A stretch of DNA of 64,000 nt from assembly GCF_009914755.1 (NCBI RefSeq), contig NC_060940.1; one strand, written 5' to 3'. Position 1 is the first letter of the stretch. Each line of letters opens with the position of its first letter. The translations under genes were made by a program, and so were the position numbers. This document shows positions 14,681 through 27,346 of the stretch, in pieces. Below the pieces are notes generated by a model. The model was given only the letters and a program-made list of their open reading frames with translations. It was not told the origin of the DNA and did not search any database. The stretch comes from the human T2T-CHM13v2.0 reference genome, Homo sapiens.

Positions 14681-16785
14681 AGGACCCTCCCCATCCCCAT
14701 ACCATCTTCGGCAGAATGATGGCCATCACCTCGTCTCGGCCCCACGTTCCTGCAGGCATGTGCTGAGCCCTGGCTCAGCACCACAGATGAAGCTTTTTGC
14801 AGGAAGATGTGAGTTTGGTGGGGTTCTGGGTGCTTTGGGGCTTCCCGACGGAGACGTGTGCTACTCCTCGCGTCCTGTCAGGGCCCTACCAGCTGCACTG
14901 TCGGACGCGACACATGCCATGCCCCCTCCTCTGCTCCCTGTGTGAGACCGCATGGTCATGGACATCCCGCTGAGTGCGCCTAGGTCAGATGCACTTGAGA
15001 CCCGGCATTGGGATGGAGTCACCTGGAGCCACGGCCTGGTGGGGAAGGGTCACATTTAGGCCCCAGACCTGCACACACACACCCCAGGAGGGCTGAGGTT
15101 GGCACAGGTGGGGTTCTCCGTGTAGTGTGTGGTGAGACTGGCTTGGCGCAGCTGTCTGTCTCTGGGCCTTCCTCTGAAGATGGCAGGTGCTCTGACTTAC
15201 CCAAGTTGGGGGTGCTCTGCTGTGGCCGAAGGTGCCGAAGTGTGAGCGGCTTGTGTGAGAAGTGTGCAAAGGTGCTCTTAGCCACCAGCACATAGCAACC
15301 ACCTGTCGGCACGAGTGGCAAGGCCGTATGTTTCTAAGCATAACGTAGTTTGAGGTGTGTGCAGAGACCGCCGTGCGTTGCCCTCCGGGCAGAGCCCACC
15401 TGACGAGGGGTCTCTCTGGGTCTCCCCAGCCTGGCCTGGCCTGCTGGTCACTCCTCCACTTGGATGGTCAGTGTGGGGCTGAGATTGGAAAGGCTGGCCC
15501 ACCCTCTGTTTAAAAGCCACGTTTTTCCATCACGATTAGGAGGGAGATCAGCTGACGTTGGACACGCGAGTGATCCTGTGTGGAGGCTTCCGACTGAAGT
15601 GAGCTTAGTGGGAACGTTGGAGCACATGTTTTTAGAAGTTCGTTCTTTTGCCCTCTCACGGTGGATTCAAACGTATTTTTTGTGCCATACAGTAAGTTTT
15701 CCAAGTTAAAGAAATGACCAGAGCCACGAGAACGGTGCCATCTGGAGGGTGCGTGGAGGCACGTGGAGGTGGCCTCTTTCTGTGGGGAGCGAGAGGCTCT
15801 TCTCACCGTCAGCTCTGGGCTGGCATCTCAGCCCCTCGAGGTGTGAAATTGGATGGCAGCCCGGCCGGGCTCCCCGACCTGCCCTTCTCCCTTTCCTGGG
15901 GACACCTGAGCAGCGCCACGGTGATGGCAGGCTTGTGCACGCGTCATGCAGATACATCCTTATTTTCTTCCCACTCTTCGTCGTCCCCTGCCCGCCCACC
16001 CTCCCTCTCACCATCCAGAAGCCAGAGGCCTGTGGTCCATGGGGGAGCGCCACAGGCCTCGGGGTGACTTTGGTTGTGTTCTTAAACGTCCCCCACCCTG
16101 CCCCAGTGAGTCAGAAGACCCCAAGACACACACATGGTTAAGGTCACTCCCAGGAGCGCCGCCCTGCTGGAAGGGGGGGTGGGCGGCAAGCACCCGCAGG
16201 CCTCCACTTCCCTTCCTTCGAGTTTTTAGCCTTTGTGTTGCCTTCTCCCAAGGCTGTGCTTGATTGAGGTTCATGCTGAAACGCTGGAGCCAGCCGCAGA
16301 GCACTGTGGAGACTGCTGTGCCTACCGCTTGCCACAAGGCACCTTTGTGTGAATGTGGGGTCTCCCGGGGCATCTTGCCATCGCTCTGGGCTGTAAATCT
16401 GCCTTATAGCTCTTAGCCTGTTAGCTTTGAAACTTAGCCTTTTTTGGCCTGAAGGACGATTGTCTAAAACGTTGGATCAGTTGACTTAAACCCTGAGGTC
16501 TGCAAGAAGCTTGTGTGTGCTGTTTCTTTTTCTCCAGGAGAAGCAGGTTTCTGCATTTGCCTGCGCTGGCCTGCTGTGTGTGCTCTGTTTCTGACCATCC
16601 ACTAATGGGTGATTTGGTTTGTGAAAAGCATTAGAAATGGAATTTAAGGGCACGTGTTAGTATTCCCATCAGTGGGTTTAAAGGCTTAAGAATGAGGATG
16701 TGGCCTTTCGGCATTTCTTGTAGGAACATAGGAGAAAGATTTTAGGCCAGTTGGGGGCATCACTGGGATGAGCCTCTTTCTCTGA

Positions 16786-17113
<328 letters not shown>

Positions 17114-20100
17114 TGAGGAAGCTTCTTTGAAGTGAACATCTAGATTTGAAAAAGGCACCTTGGTTACAGTCTCAGCCCTCATACCTTAACAAGTTGGATT
17201 CAAAGCTGAATGACAAAAACAAAGGACTTCTTGGCTTTTCCAGCACACCTGTGGATTAGTGGTTTCATCCTCGTTTCTGTCCACACACTTCAGCAGTGTT
17301 CAGAGTGTATCTTTTAAAGGCATGGGGGGTGGGGTTCTTTTGTTTGGTTTTGCGTTGCACCTGAGTGGATTCTTGGTTAGATTCAGGATTTTGTATCTAA
17401 ATAGTACTGAGAAGTCCTTGGGCTTCTTGCGTTGACCTTAGATTTACAGCAGTTTAGCATGATCTCAGTTGGACATTACACAGAATTTCTGCATTCTCAG
17501 TAGATAGAGGAAACCAGATGTGTGTGCTCAAAATGCAGTGCCTTTAGGCCGGGGTTCCCTCAGTCGGCTGCTCCCATTTCTACCTTCTGCCGCTTTCTTT
17601 TATCTGAAAACAACTGGCTCTGTTTCAAAAATGTTCAGGGGAAAACCCTCTGAATGGAGCTGGGAAAGTAGCACGTGTCTCCAGCCCTGTCCCCAACCAC
17701 TGTCCCCAACCAAGCCTCTCTTGAGATGACGAGGTGCTGCCCTTTGTGAAGTCCGCTTCAAGTTCAGCCGCAGGCCAGTGTCCCTGGAGCCTGGAAGCCA
17801 GGACACCGTCCGTTCCAATGAGCGGCTTCTGCATTCCAGAGCTGGTTTGGAAATGCCTCAGACTGGGGCCCTGCTCCAGACATAAAGCCGGCAGGGAGAG
17901 GAAAGAAGGGATTGCACATTCATTGTTGGGCACTAAGTCGGAATTCGGCCCAGCCTGCTCTACCCCTGAAGGCCTGCATCAGACTTGGGGTTCTTTTCAT
18001 CACAGGGCTCCATCCTACCGGCAGCAGCATCAACTGCACAGATCCCAGGGCGCTCATCTTGGGGCGTGCAGCGCTCTGTAGGGACCCTGGCGTGACCTCA
18101 TTTTTGCTGCTTCACGTTTAAGATCTGACTGCTGAGTTGTCCTCATCACCAATTTCAAATCAAGCCCAAATCCACAAACTATATCTCAGCCTCCTGTGTG
18201 TTTTAAGAGGCTGCGCAGTGCATGGAGGTGCCCTCAGCCTGCAGCAGCGCAGCCAAGCGGAGGGCGCACCGCGGCCTTCTGTGTGACTGTTCTCAGAGCA
18301 CGCTGTGCCTTCATTTCTGCGTGTTTCACGGCGTTGCCCTTGTGGTATCTGCTGACCCCGGTTCCCTTATTTCTAGGCCCAGTGCCTCGGCTTTCGCCTC
18401 TCAGCCCTCCCCTCCCCTCCCCGGTGTGGATGCTTTCTGCCCTGGCCTGGGAGCTGGTCCCAGAAGGAGGAGTTGTGTTGTCGTTGTGGTCCTCCCTGCC
18501 CTTCCACGTGGCCCGGCTCAGCGCCCTTGCTTAGTTAATAGGAATTCAGTGTTTCATTATGAAATCCACATATGGCAAACATATGAAACAATCCACCAGG
18601 TCCATAGAGAAAGTGAGTCCCCTCCCAGCCTGGACTCTCAGCCCGTCTGTGGGGTGACCGCTGGTCATTTCTGATCTCGCCTTCTGTGCACAAGCTCCTG
18701 TGATGATTTTGTAATCACTTCACATTTTAAAAGATCCCTTGATAGACGAGTTTCAGATCCGATCACAGCTGTTCTTAATGAGACTTGGGAAGCCGTGTTG
18801 CTGATCTCCAAGAGGGTTCTGCCCTCCTCTGGCTGTGGAAGGCACGTCATGGCATCCTGACCGTGATGTTGTTTCTGCCAGCATTGCCAGTGACAAGACT
18901 TCTCACATGATCTGTGCAGCTCATTACACTGGAAGAATTACAGTGTCAGAAACCTCAGAATCTAACTTTGCAGCTTTACAATAACCATGAAGGTAGGCAT
19001 ACCCAAGTGGTGAATGAAAATAAAAGTAGAAAATGTTCTCAACTGGGAATGCATTTGAAAAGTCATGACTTTCAAATGTTTCTACATTGATTTTGTTTTG
19101 ATAAGTTTTTTAGAAATGAGCGAAACACTTAATGTACACTTAAGATTCGAAGAAAGAGGTACCGGGGCTTTTGTGGGGAACAAAGGCACAGACATTGTTG
19201 CTGCCTTGGAACAAGGTGTGGGGGCCAACCACAAGCAGGCACCGGCGCTGGGGGACCAGGGTCAGGGGGCTCTCTTCAGAGACGGCAGAGCACGAGGCTG
19301 GGGCAGGAGGTGTCGGGGGCTTGAGAGGCGCAGGGGAGCAGGGGGGGAGAGTGGACAGCGAGGCGGTGGATGTTGAGGCAGTTGTGCGTCCACGGCGGGG
19401 CCTGCCTCCGTGGCAGCGCTCCCAGCACCCTGTGCGTCCCTTGCACCCTTGCCCTGTGGTCACCTGTGGTCAGGGACAGTGGGTTCCTCTCCCTTAGCAT
19501 GCTTGGAAGCAGTGGTGGCATCATGGAGCTGGGAGAGTGGCTTTTATTTGGAGGACAGATGTGCGCATTCACTTAGGGTCCAAGAAATGAGTGGGCCTTG
19601 AATGAGCAAAACAACCCACCTGCCTCCCACGGACAGATGCTCCCAGGATGCGGCTAGGCGTCCAGGCCAGAATCGGGTTGGCTGAGGGTTTGCCGAGGAG
19701 AGGGCATCGCCAGGCTGGGCGCCTGTGTGGCACCACGTGGCACTCCCCGAGGAGGCCTGGGGACCCCTCCTGGACATGCCTTCCTCCCTTAAAAAACAAC
19801 AACGCTTTTGCCAGACACAAGAGGCTCCTGTGGAGCTCTCATGGCTGGCAGTGCCAGATGGGAGCCTGGTGCCTTCATGCGGTTGGGGGTGCTGCCGCTC
19901 TTGCCCGCAGGGCACTCCTCTGGCTGGGATAGGAGACAGCCAGGACCCCTCAGCTTCTGAGGGCCGTGGCCTTCAGGCTGTCAGGAGGCCCTGGGAGGTG
20001 GCTAGAGCCCAGTGGCCTCCAGGGGAACACGAGTCATAGAGGACATTTCATTTTTTTTCTCCTCCAATTTTGTTTTGGCTTTTAAAAACTCCTACAGTAC

Positions 20101-20247
20101 AAACTCTTTCTAATGGAAAAAAGCGGTTGCTCTCCCTGCAGCTGCCAGCCCGCCCTGAAGGCACGGACTGCCAGGCCTTTTGTTTCTGTTGTTTTTGCTG
20201 TTTGGGAATTTGATGTTTTAATAAAGAGCCCTTTGGGGACCTGGCTG

Positions 20248-20703
20248 GAGGCTCCTGTGGCTGCCATAACAAACGACCACAGACCCCGTGGCTTTACCGG
20301 AGGGCAGAAGCCCATCCTGGGTCTCAGTGGGCTGAAAGCAAGGCAGGGTTGGTCCTTCTGGAGGCTCCAGGGGAAAATTCGTTTTCTTGCCTTTTCCAGC
20401 TTCTAGAGGCCACCCGCATCCCCTGCCTCCTGGCCCCATCCGTCTTCAAAGCCAGCAGTGGCCAGGTGAGTCCTTTGTACATCCCATCTCTCCCACCCTC
20501 TGTGGCTGGGAGGAGTCTCTGCTTTTAAAGACCCCCGCGATGACACTGGGCCCACCTGGCCATCCAGGGTCATCTCACCACGTGAGGGTGATCAGTTGAG
20601 CCACATCTGTGAGATCCCTTTGCCCATGTAAAGTAACACCTAAACAGGGCCCAGGGATTGGGACCTGGGTGTCTTTGTGGGGTGGGTAGCTCTGCCCAGC
20701 ACA
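20248..20703 (-). mobile_element. MLT1D-like MaLR solo LTR, antisense to BANP
   Basis: Reverse complement reads TGTGCTGGGCAGAG..AAAGACACCCAGGTCCCAATCCCTGG..TGTTACTTTACATGGGCAAAGGGA..CAGATGTG..GGTGGGCCCAGTGTCATC..TTTGTTATGGCAGCCACAGGA, matching the recalled MLT1D consensus. Confidence 0.8.
20400..20465 (+). CDS. BANP: BANP 66-nt cassette exon, LLEATRIPCLLAPSVFKASSGQ
   Basis: Acceptor TTTTCTTGCCTTTTCCAG|CTT, donor CAG|GTGAGT, 22 codons, phase 0/0; peptide recognised from the long human BANP isoform (memory). Confidence 0.88.
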
Positions 20704-23700
20704 GCGAGCTGGGGTGAGACGCGCTTGCCAGGTGCTTTCTGAAGACACAACAGGAACGGGGGAAGAATTTCTCGCCATCTTTTGTTCAGAAAACTGATGG
20801 CACAAGTGGTGATGGTTCCCTCAGGCTGAACTGGTCAACCTAGGAGGGAGGAGAGCAGGGACCGGCTCTGCTTTTGTTTTTATTCAGGGGAACTGGGCTG
20901 GTGGCAGGACCAGGTTGCATGCTTGCTCAGGTAGAGCACAAGGAAAGCGAGTATGGAAGGGCACCCTGATCCCGGGAGGCCCACAGGATCCCAGCCCCAC
21001 AGTGTCCCCAGCGGAGCAGCTCCCCTCTGGGAGGGCCCCAGCCATGCTTGCCTTCCACCTCCTTCCTGTCCCTCCTGGGCCCACTGCCCAGCTTAGGATT
21101 CTTGGTGGGGATGGGAGCACGGGAGAGGGTGTGCACCTGCGCCTGTGGCTTTTACGAGCCTGGGATAGCGTCCGAGCAGCCTCTGTCGTCCCACTACTGC
21201 GGCAGGTGCAGGGCGAGCTGTGCCCATGCGAGGCGGCCTCAGGGCAGACGGGGCTTCTCCCAGACACGTTCCTTAGAGCACCGAGGGCTCCAAAGAGCCT
21301 TTCCTCATGAAGGGGTCCCCTGCCAGGGGATCCCTCAGGTACACAGCTTTTAAGACTCTGAGATGAGGTTCACCAACGTGGAACTGAACTGCCCAATAAA
21401 TGTATTAACAGGAAGTGAATGTCCAGGGAAAATTCCTCACCCCTGAGGCTGACATTACCAGCAGGCGGTAATTTTACTTTGAGTGAAACTCGGGAGTTTG
21501 GTGTCGTTTCTCTCTGTGGCGCTGCTGCTGCCTTATGGATTGCTGGGTACTGCGGGCCTGGCCACCTGGTGAAGGGCCTCGGCCACACCCACAGCCAGAA
21601 GGAGCTCGAAGGAACCCAGCTTCGACTCGGTGTCTGACACTGTGGCCTCTGTTCCCAAAAACAAGTGCCTCCTGCTCCTTTTGCCTAAAATTCTGTTTAT
21701 TTTCAGCTGAGCTGTGTTGTTCACAAAAAGTAAAACCACATTGCCTGGAAAAATGTAGTTTTGAGGCAGAAATGAGAAAATCCTAACCCATAAATCAAGG
21801 AGGAAACTAGAAGTTTCTGTTGATAGATTCTTGAAAAACTGAAAACATTGAATCATTTTGTTCAGTTTTTTTTTCCCCCAGAAAGGTGCCAAACCTTGCC
21901 TACATTGCCTGTGTGTGTCTTTGCCATCAGCCTTCAAAACGCCGCTCCCAGCGGTGCGGGCGCTCCCTCTCGTGCTCCCTTGGGAGACTTGAGGGTCTCC
22001 CAGGGCAGAGGGGAGGCAGTGGCGCTGTCAGTGGCTGTGCGAGGCTGGGTGACTCTGCTAGGCAGAGGTCAGAGCCATCGGCCGGGGCACATTGCCACAG
22101 CGGCCTAGACATTTTTGGATGGAGGTACCAGGCAAATTATTTTATTACTGTTTTGAACTCGCCTAGAAACCCAGTTATAGGAATGCACACTCGCTCTCTT
22201 TTTTATTAATTGGTGTTGGACACACAGCACGTGGCGGGATCCTAGGGCCCAGGTGTGTGGGGGAAGGTGAAGCCGCTGACCTTTGACCCTTTGCAGCTCT
22301 GTGCCGCCTGCCACTCAGTGTGTTCTTTGCTTTGGTGCCAGTGGAGTGGCCGACTGGCTTGTGTGGCTGGTCTCATGGGGCTGAGGGGGTCAGAGCCGCT
22401 GGGCTGGGTGTGGGGCGCCACAGTTGTTTGGCCTCTCAGCCCCCAGCCAGTGTCACCCAGGTGTCTCGCCCCATGCCCCATGCTGCATGGTTCCCACCTA
22501 CACCACATCTGCGCCGGGGCCTCCCTCAGGGAGGAGACTCGAGCTGGAACCAGGCTGTGACCCTGCACCCTGCTGCGTGCCCCCGCCCTGAGACGGGACC
22601 CAGGGGCTTGTCCTGAGGGGCTCTAGGCCGGCCCCACCTCACCTGCTGCACTGCCACCGCTCAAACCTGATTTGAGATACTTTATGGGTATTTTATGCCA
22701 GAGTTTCAGAGTCCTTTTTTTTCCTTGGCACTATTTCCAAATCTAAGGGGGTCAGCTGCTGCCACTCCCATTCAGAGCCGCTCCCCAGTGCCCAGCCCCC
22801 CCTGCACCCCACGGCGCTCACCCTGCCATGCTCTGGCCACCCCTGCCCTGGACGGCCGGCTGCCCCAGTCCTGGTCCTCCACCCTTTCACTGACCTCGCC
22901 CTGCTCCACCCCAGGGTAAACCCCAGGTCTCCACTCAACCTGTCAATCTCCCCACTCCATTGTTCCTGCATGGTTACACCCTGAGATGAGGGAACCCTGA
23001 CGATGCTCCCGGCTGAGCCTTGCCTTCCCGCAGTTACACGTTGCACGGGGCCTCCCCGTAGCATCCACTGTGTCAATGCCCCCTCCGTCCCCAACAGACC
23101 CGCCCTCCCCCCACTGTCTGCCTCCTTGTGTCGTCAGTCCGTGACACGCCACGTGTGTGATGAGGAGGTGCTTGGAGTGGCACTGCTCTGCGTGTGGCCA
23201 CGCACTTCGTTTCCATTTTCACACGTAGTTCAGAGCTGGGTGTCCGACAGAGGTGCCCGAGGTGGAAAGCGTCGTGCACTCGTCCCACCTGTGGCCCCTG
23301 CAGAGCTCCGGCTGTGTGGCACGGGCTCCTGAGAGCTGGGGATGGAGGAGGTGCGGGCTTACCGTGTGCTCCTCTGCTGCTCGCCCCAGGCTTGGGTTTC
23401 CTGGCGGTCACCTGGTTGGCGTGAACCTTGGGCGTGCGCCAGGGTCCCTGTGCTGTCGTGGAGTGCAGGCAGGTGGGCAGGCGCTTGGGAGTTACCAGTC
23501 AAGTCCCTGCACCGCGCAGACCATTGCCTGGTGTTCAGGAGTTTTCAAGGCCTCGGCCTGGTGGGAATAGTTGAGAAACGCTGGTTCAGGCAGCTTGCTT
23601 TATTCACAGCCCTGAGACACCTCTGGGACAGCCCCTGAGGATATTTTTCCCGGAACTTTCTCGGGGCCAGGAGTGTGCCTGTGCTGTGATGAGTGGGAAA

Positions 23701-24099
23701 CGCAGTTTGTGCAGGGCCTCACAGAAGAGCCCACTGGTGCGGGTGCTGGCTGCCTCCTCCAGTGGGCGCCAGCTCGGGGTCTGTGGCAGGAACGTGGGTG
23801 GCTGCGGATCCACCCAGGACAGAGTGACTGCCTGGGCGCGTGGTGGAACTGAGTGCAGAACTCCTCCCCAGCCCCCTTTCCAAGTGCAGCCTTGCCCGGT
23901 CTGTTCCCAGGCATCACTGAAAAGTTACTGGTGGGTTTGCACATTGGCAGGAATGTCTGCTCTCTCTTCCTTTCTTGGGAAGAAGGTTCTCTCTGCAGGG
24001 GCTCCACCTCCCTGGGCGCTCTCGTCCCCAGCCTTGTGGTCTGAGCCAGAGTCTCTGCGGCTGACAGGGACTTGCTCTCTCTTTCCTGCCCCTGTCCGT

Positions 24100-24182
24100 G
24101 CACCCAGCCCAGCCCCCTGCCCCTGCACCCAGCCCAGCCCAGCCCCCTGTCCCTGCACCCAGCCCAGCTCCAGCCCCAGGCC
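24100..24182. repeat. Short C-rich tandem repeat (CCCAG pentamers in a ~26-31-bp unit)
   Basis: GCACCCAGCCCAGCCCCCTGCCCCT repeated about 3 times. Confidence 0.75.
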
Positions 24183-24924
24183 CAGATGGAGGGCGCTCCA
24201 GTGGGCTTGCCCCGTCTCGTGAAACAGTCCAGAAGCCTCAGTGTTCTCATCGTCAGGCTGGGTTCTGAATGGCGCGCTGTCGCTGCGGGACCTCGGGGCC
24301 TGTAAAGATCATGGGAAGGGGCAGCTGTGCCGGCAGCTCCTCCTCCTCGGTGCAGCAACTCCTCTCCGAGTTTATTTCATGTCAGCAAAAAGATGGAATT
24401 CTTGCCAGCCAGACATTCAGCTCATTGACCTGCCTTTTTCTTTTTTCTTTTCCACTGACAAATTCATTGTTAAAAAAATATAAGGCATTTGCTCATCAAA
24501 AACTAGAATTCTGCTTTAAAACCACAGGCTGTATCTTCTAAGGACTTTGAGAGGCCTACGCCCGAGCCCTCCCCTCACAGAGTCCCCGCCTTCTCTCTCT
24601 GCTCCCTCTCGAAGAACCCAGGCTGGAGGGAGCCGGAGGGTAATCGTGCTGCTCCGCTATGGACGGTGGTGGCCCAGGAGAGTGCCTCGGGGACCCAGGT
24701 GCTTCCTGTATGGACGCTGCCCCCACCTGCTGTGTGATGGAAGCCCAGCCCCTAAACTGCTCCTAACCCCACCCAGGTCTCAGTTCCTCATCTGTAAATG
24801 GCACCTGCACCCCAGGGCCAGCAGCCCCTTTGTCAGCACTCTGATGTCAATGCACGCACTTCACAACGCTCTGCTCCTTCTGTCCGTCACCAAAAAACGA
24901 ACGTTTGTTCCTTGGAAAAGACTA

Positions 24925-25430
24925 CAGTTGACCCTTGAACAACACAGGTTTGAACTATGAGGATCCACTTATACGTGCATTTTTTTTTTCAGTAAAAATT
25001 ATACTGAGTGTGCCTGCCTCCTCTTCCACCTCCTCTGTCTCTTCTGCCTCTGCTGCCCTGAGACAGCAAGGCCAGCCTCTCCTGTTCCTCCTCTTCCCCC
25101 CAGCCCCAGTCAGCATGCGGACGGTGAGGACGAAGGCCAGGATGACGATCCACTTCCGCTTAATAAAGATCCACTTCCGCTTCATGAATAGCAGCCATAT
25201 TTCCTCTCGCCTGTGCCTTTCTGAATACCACGTTTTCCCTCGCTTACTCTATTAGAGGAATACAGGTGATGGTACACACAGCACACAAAATACCTGCTCA
25301 TTGACCACTATCAGTAGGGCCATTGGTCAACAGGCTATTAGTAAAGTTTTGGGGAGTCAGAGGCTGTACATGACTTCAGCTGCACAAGGGTTCAGTGCCT
25401 CTAACCCTTGTGGTGTTCAAGGGCCAGCTG
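24925..25430. mobile_element. Tigger2-family non-autonomous DNA transposon (Tigger2a-like)
   Basis: TA then CAGTTGACCCTTGAACAACAC at left; inverted copy GTGGTGTTCAAGGGCCAGCTG at right; internal GATCCACTTCCGCTTAAT. Confidence 0.85.
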
Positions 25431-25696
25431 CACAATGAATTAATCCCTGGGACCATGTCGGGCTGGCATCTGACACCTGGACTCAGAGGGCCTCTGCAGT
25501 AGGGGCCGTCGGGTAAAGAAACCCCAGAGTCCAGCAGAACATCTGACTCTGGCCATATTCCTTCTTGTATAGCATCTGTTTGAGACAACAAAATCCCGAG
25601 GCAGAAGGTCGACCGCTCCTTAGGTTCATTCTGATGGCTCAGCTATTCGCCCGAGGCTGGTCCCCGAGGCTGGTGTGCTCGCAAGTCGTGGCTGGC

Positions 25697-25996
25697 AGGG
25701 TTGCCAGGCTTGTCTGCAAAGGACCAGGGGGGATGGGTTTTCAGCTTTGGGGGGCACACCTGGTCTCATCACAGCTGCTCACCACGGCCCTTGGGTCATG
25801 ACAGGCCAGCACGTGGGGGGCCTGCAGGCCTGTAGATGCTCACTGAAGATGGAGGTTCCTAGATTTGTCATGTGGCACAAAATATTTTTTTGCATTTTTT
25901 TCTGTCATTAAAAATCATTTAAAAGCCATTCTCAGTTCACAGCTGTACAAAAGCAGCCAGCAGGTTTGCTCTGGGCGCCGTACTTTGCTAACCTCA
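25697..25996 (+). mobile_element. MER58B-like hAT-Charlie element, diverged
   Basis: CAGGGTTGCCAGGCTTGTCTGCAAAGGACCAG at left; AAAAGCCATTCTCAG..GTACAAAAGCAG..GCCGTACTTTGCTAACC at right. Confidence 0.65.
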
Positions 25997-27202
25997 ATGT
26001 AGAGTGAATTATACTTCGTATCTTTAAAAGGCTTGTCTTCTAGCATTGCAGGTGAACTTTGCTTAGAAACATAACTATTTTTAAAAGCACATGTAGGTGA
26101 AGTCTAGTCTTTAAAAGCACTTGCAGGTGAAAGCCCTGGTCCGGCGCTGTCTCTGCAGTGTGTTTGCGGGGGCCAAGTTTGCTCTGTGCAGTGCTGCTGT
26201 TGTCCAGGGCAGGTCCCACGGAGGGGATGCTGCGGCCAGGCTCCGTGGGGTGGGGCACCCTGCGACGGGCTGCTCCTCTTCCCAGGGCCACCGGTGAGAC
26301 TCTCAGTGCACAGAGTGCGGTTCTGTGTGGAGGTGTGGGATGCATCTCCTGGCCCTCCCGTAGTGGGGTGCAACCCCAAGTGAAGACCCCGTGGCTCATG
26401 TCAAGTGCCCTCAGGGCTGGGGCTGCCCACCCGCCTGCCTGGGCCGTCTTGACACCGGAGCTGCCTGCCTGGATGTTGGAGCGCCCAGTGGATTGAGTGG
26501 GAAGTGGGCCTGGGTGCTTACAGGCGATGGGGTCACCAGAGCCCACCCAGGGGCCTCGCCTGTCCCCCATTCTCATTCCATACTCTGGGAGGCGGTACAA
26601 GGTCGGGAGGGCCAGCGGGGCTCTCTGCCACCAGGACTCACTTCCGCCCATCTTGGAACTGGGCCTCACTTTCCTGCGAGCTTCTGCTGGGTTCTCAGTG
26701 CCCACCAGCAGCTCCTTTGCTCTCCCTGAGCCCTTGAGGTCACTCTGCCTTGGGAATGGGGAGGGTTTGGGTCTCAGCCTCACGCTCACGGTCCTGGCTT
26801 GGATTTTAGGCCTCAGTGGCACTCTGGGAGCGCTTGTGCTCTTCATGGTTGCCACTGGGATTTTCCAGGAGGCTCTGTGGCATTTGCTGTTGCTCTCTTT
26901 TTCTGTGGAAGCTCTGCCTTGCTTTTTTTTTTTTCCCTTTTTTCTGCTCTGTAGGTGCTTGAGGGCGGAGTTGCAGATCCAGCAGAGACTCGATGGCACT
27001 CTCTCACTGGATCTGATGCGACTTGAGAGCGATGGGGAGACAGGATGTGCCGCAGAGTCCTCGGTGTGGCCCTGAGGCCGTGTCCCTGCCGCTCAGGGGA
27101 CAGCACGTGTGGGCTGGGGTCTGCGGTCTGTGGAGCCATGTGGGTTGTGGGTTGTGGGTTGTGGGCCACGCCGCTGACGGGCCCCCGTGTGTCTCCCTCC
27201 AG

Positions 27203-27346
27203 GTGCTGCAGGGTGCACAGCTGATCGCCGTGGCCTCCTCGGACCCCGCGGCGGCGGGCGTGGATGGGTCGCCACTCCAGGGCAGCGACATCCAGGTTCA
27301 GTACGTGCAGCTGGCGCCAGTGAGTGACCACACGGCCGGGGCACAG
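27203..27346 (+). CDS. BANP: BANP penultimate exon, VLQGAQLIAVASSDPAAAGVDGSPLQGSDIQVQYVQLAPVSDHTAGAQ
   Basis: Acceptor GTCTCCCTCCAG|GTG, donor CAG|GTGAGT, 144 nt, GC3-rich codons; peptide recognised as the BANP/SMAR1 C-terminal region. Confidence 0.96.

Noticed and set aside
14760-14781. Perfect 10-bp inverted repeat GTGCTGAGCC-CT-GGCTCAGCAC
   Set aside because: Too short for a miRNA precursor; spacing does not fit a MAF recognition element
26040-27075. 319-aa (-) basic ORF and 192-aa (+) hydrophobic ORF
   Set aside because: The KKGKKKK and FFFFPFF stretches are just the polypyrimidine tract at 26920-26950; no recognisable homology
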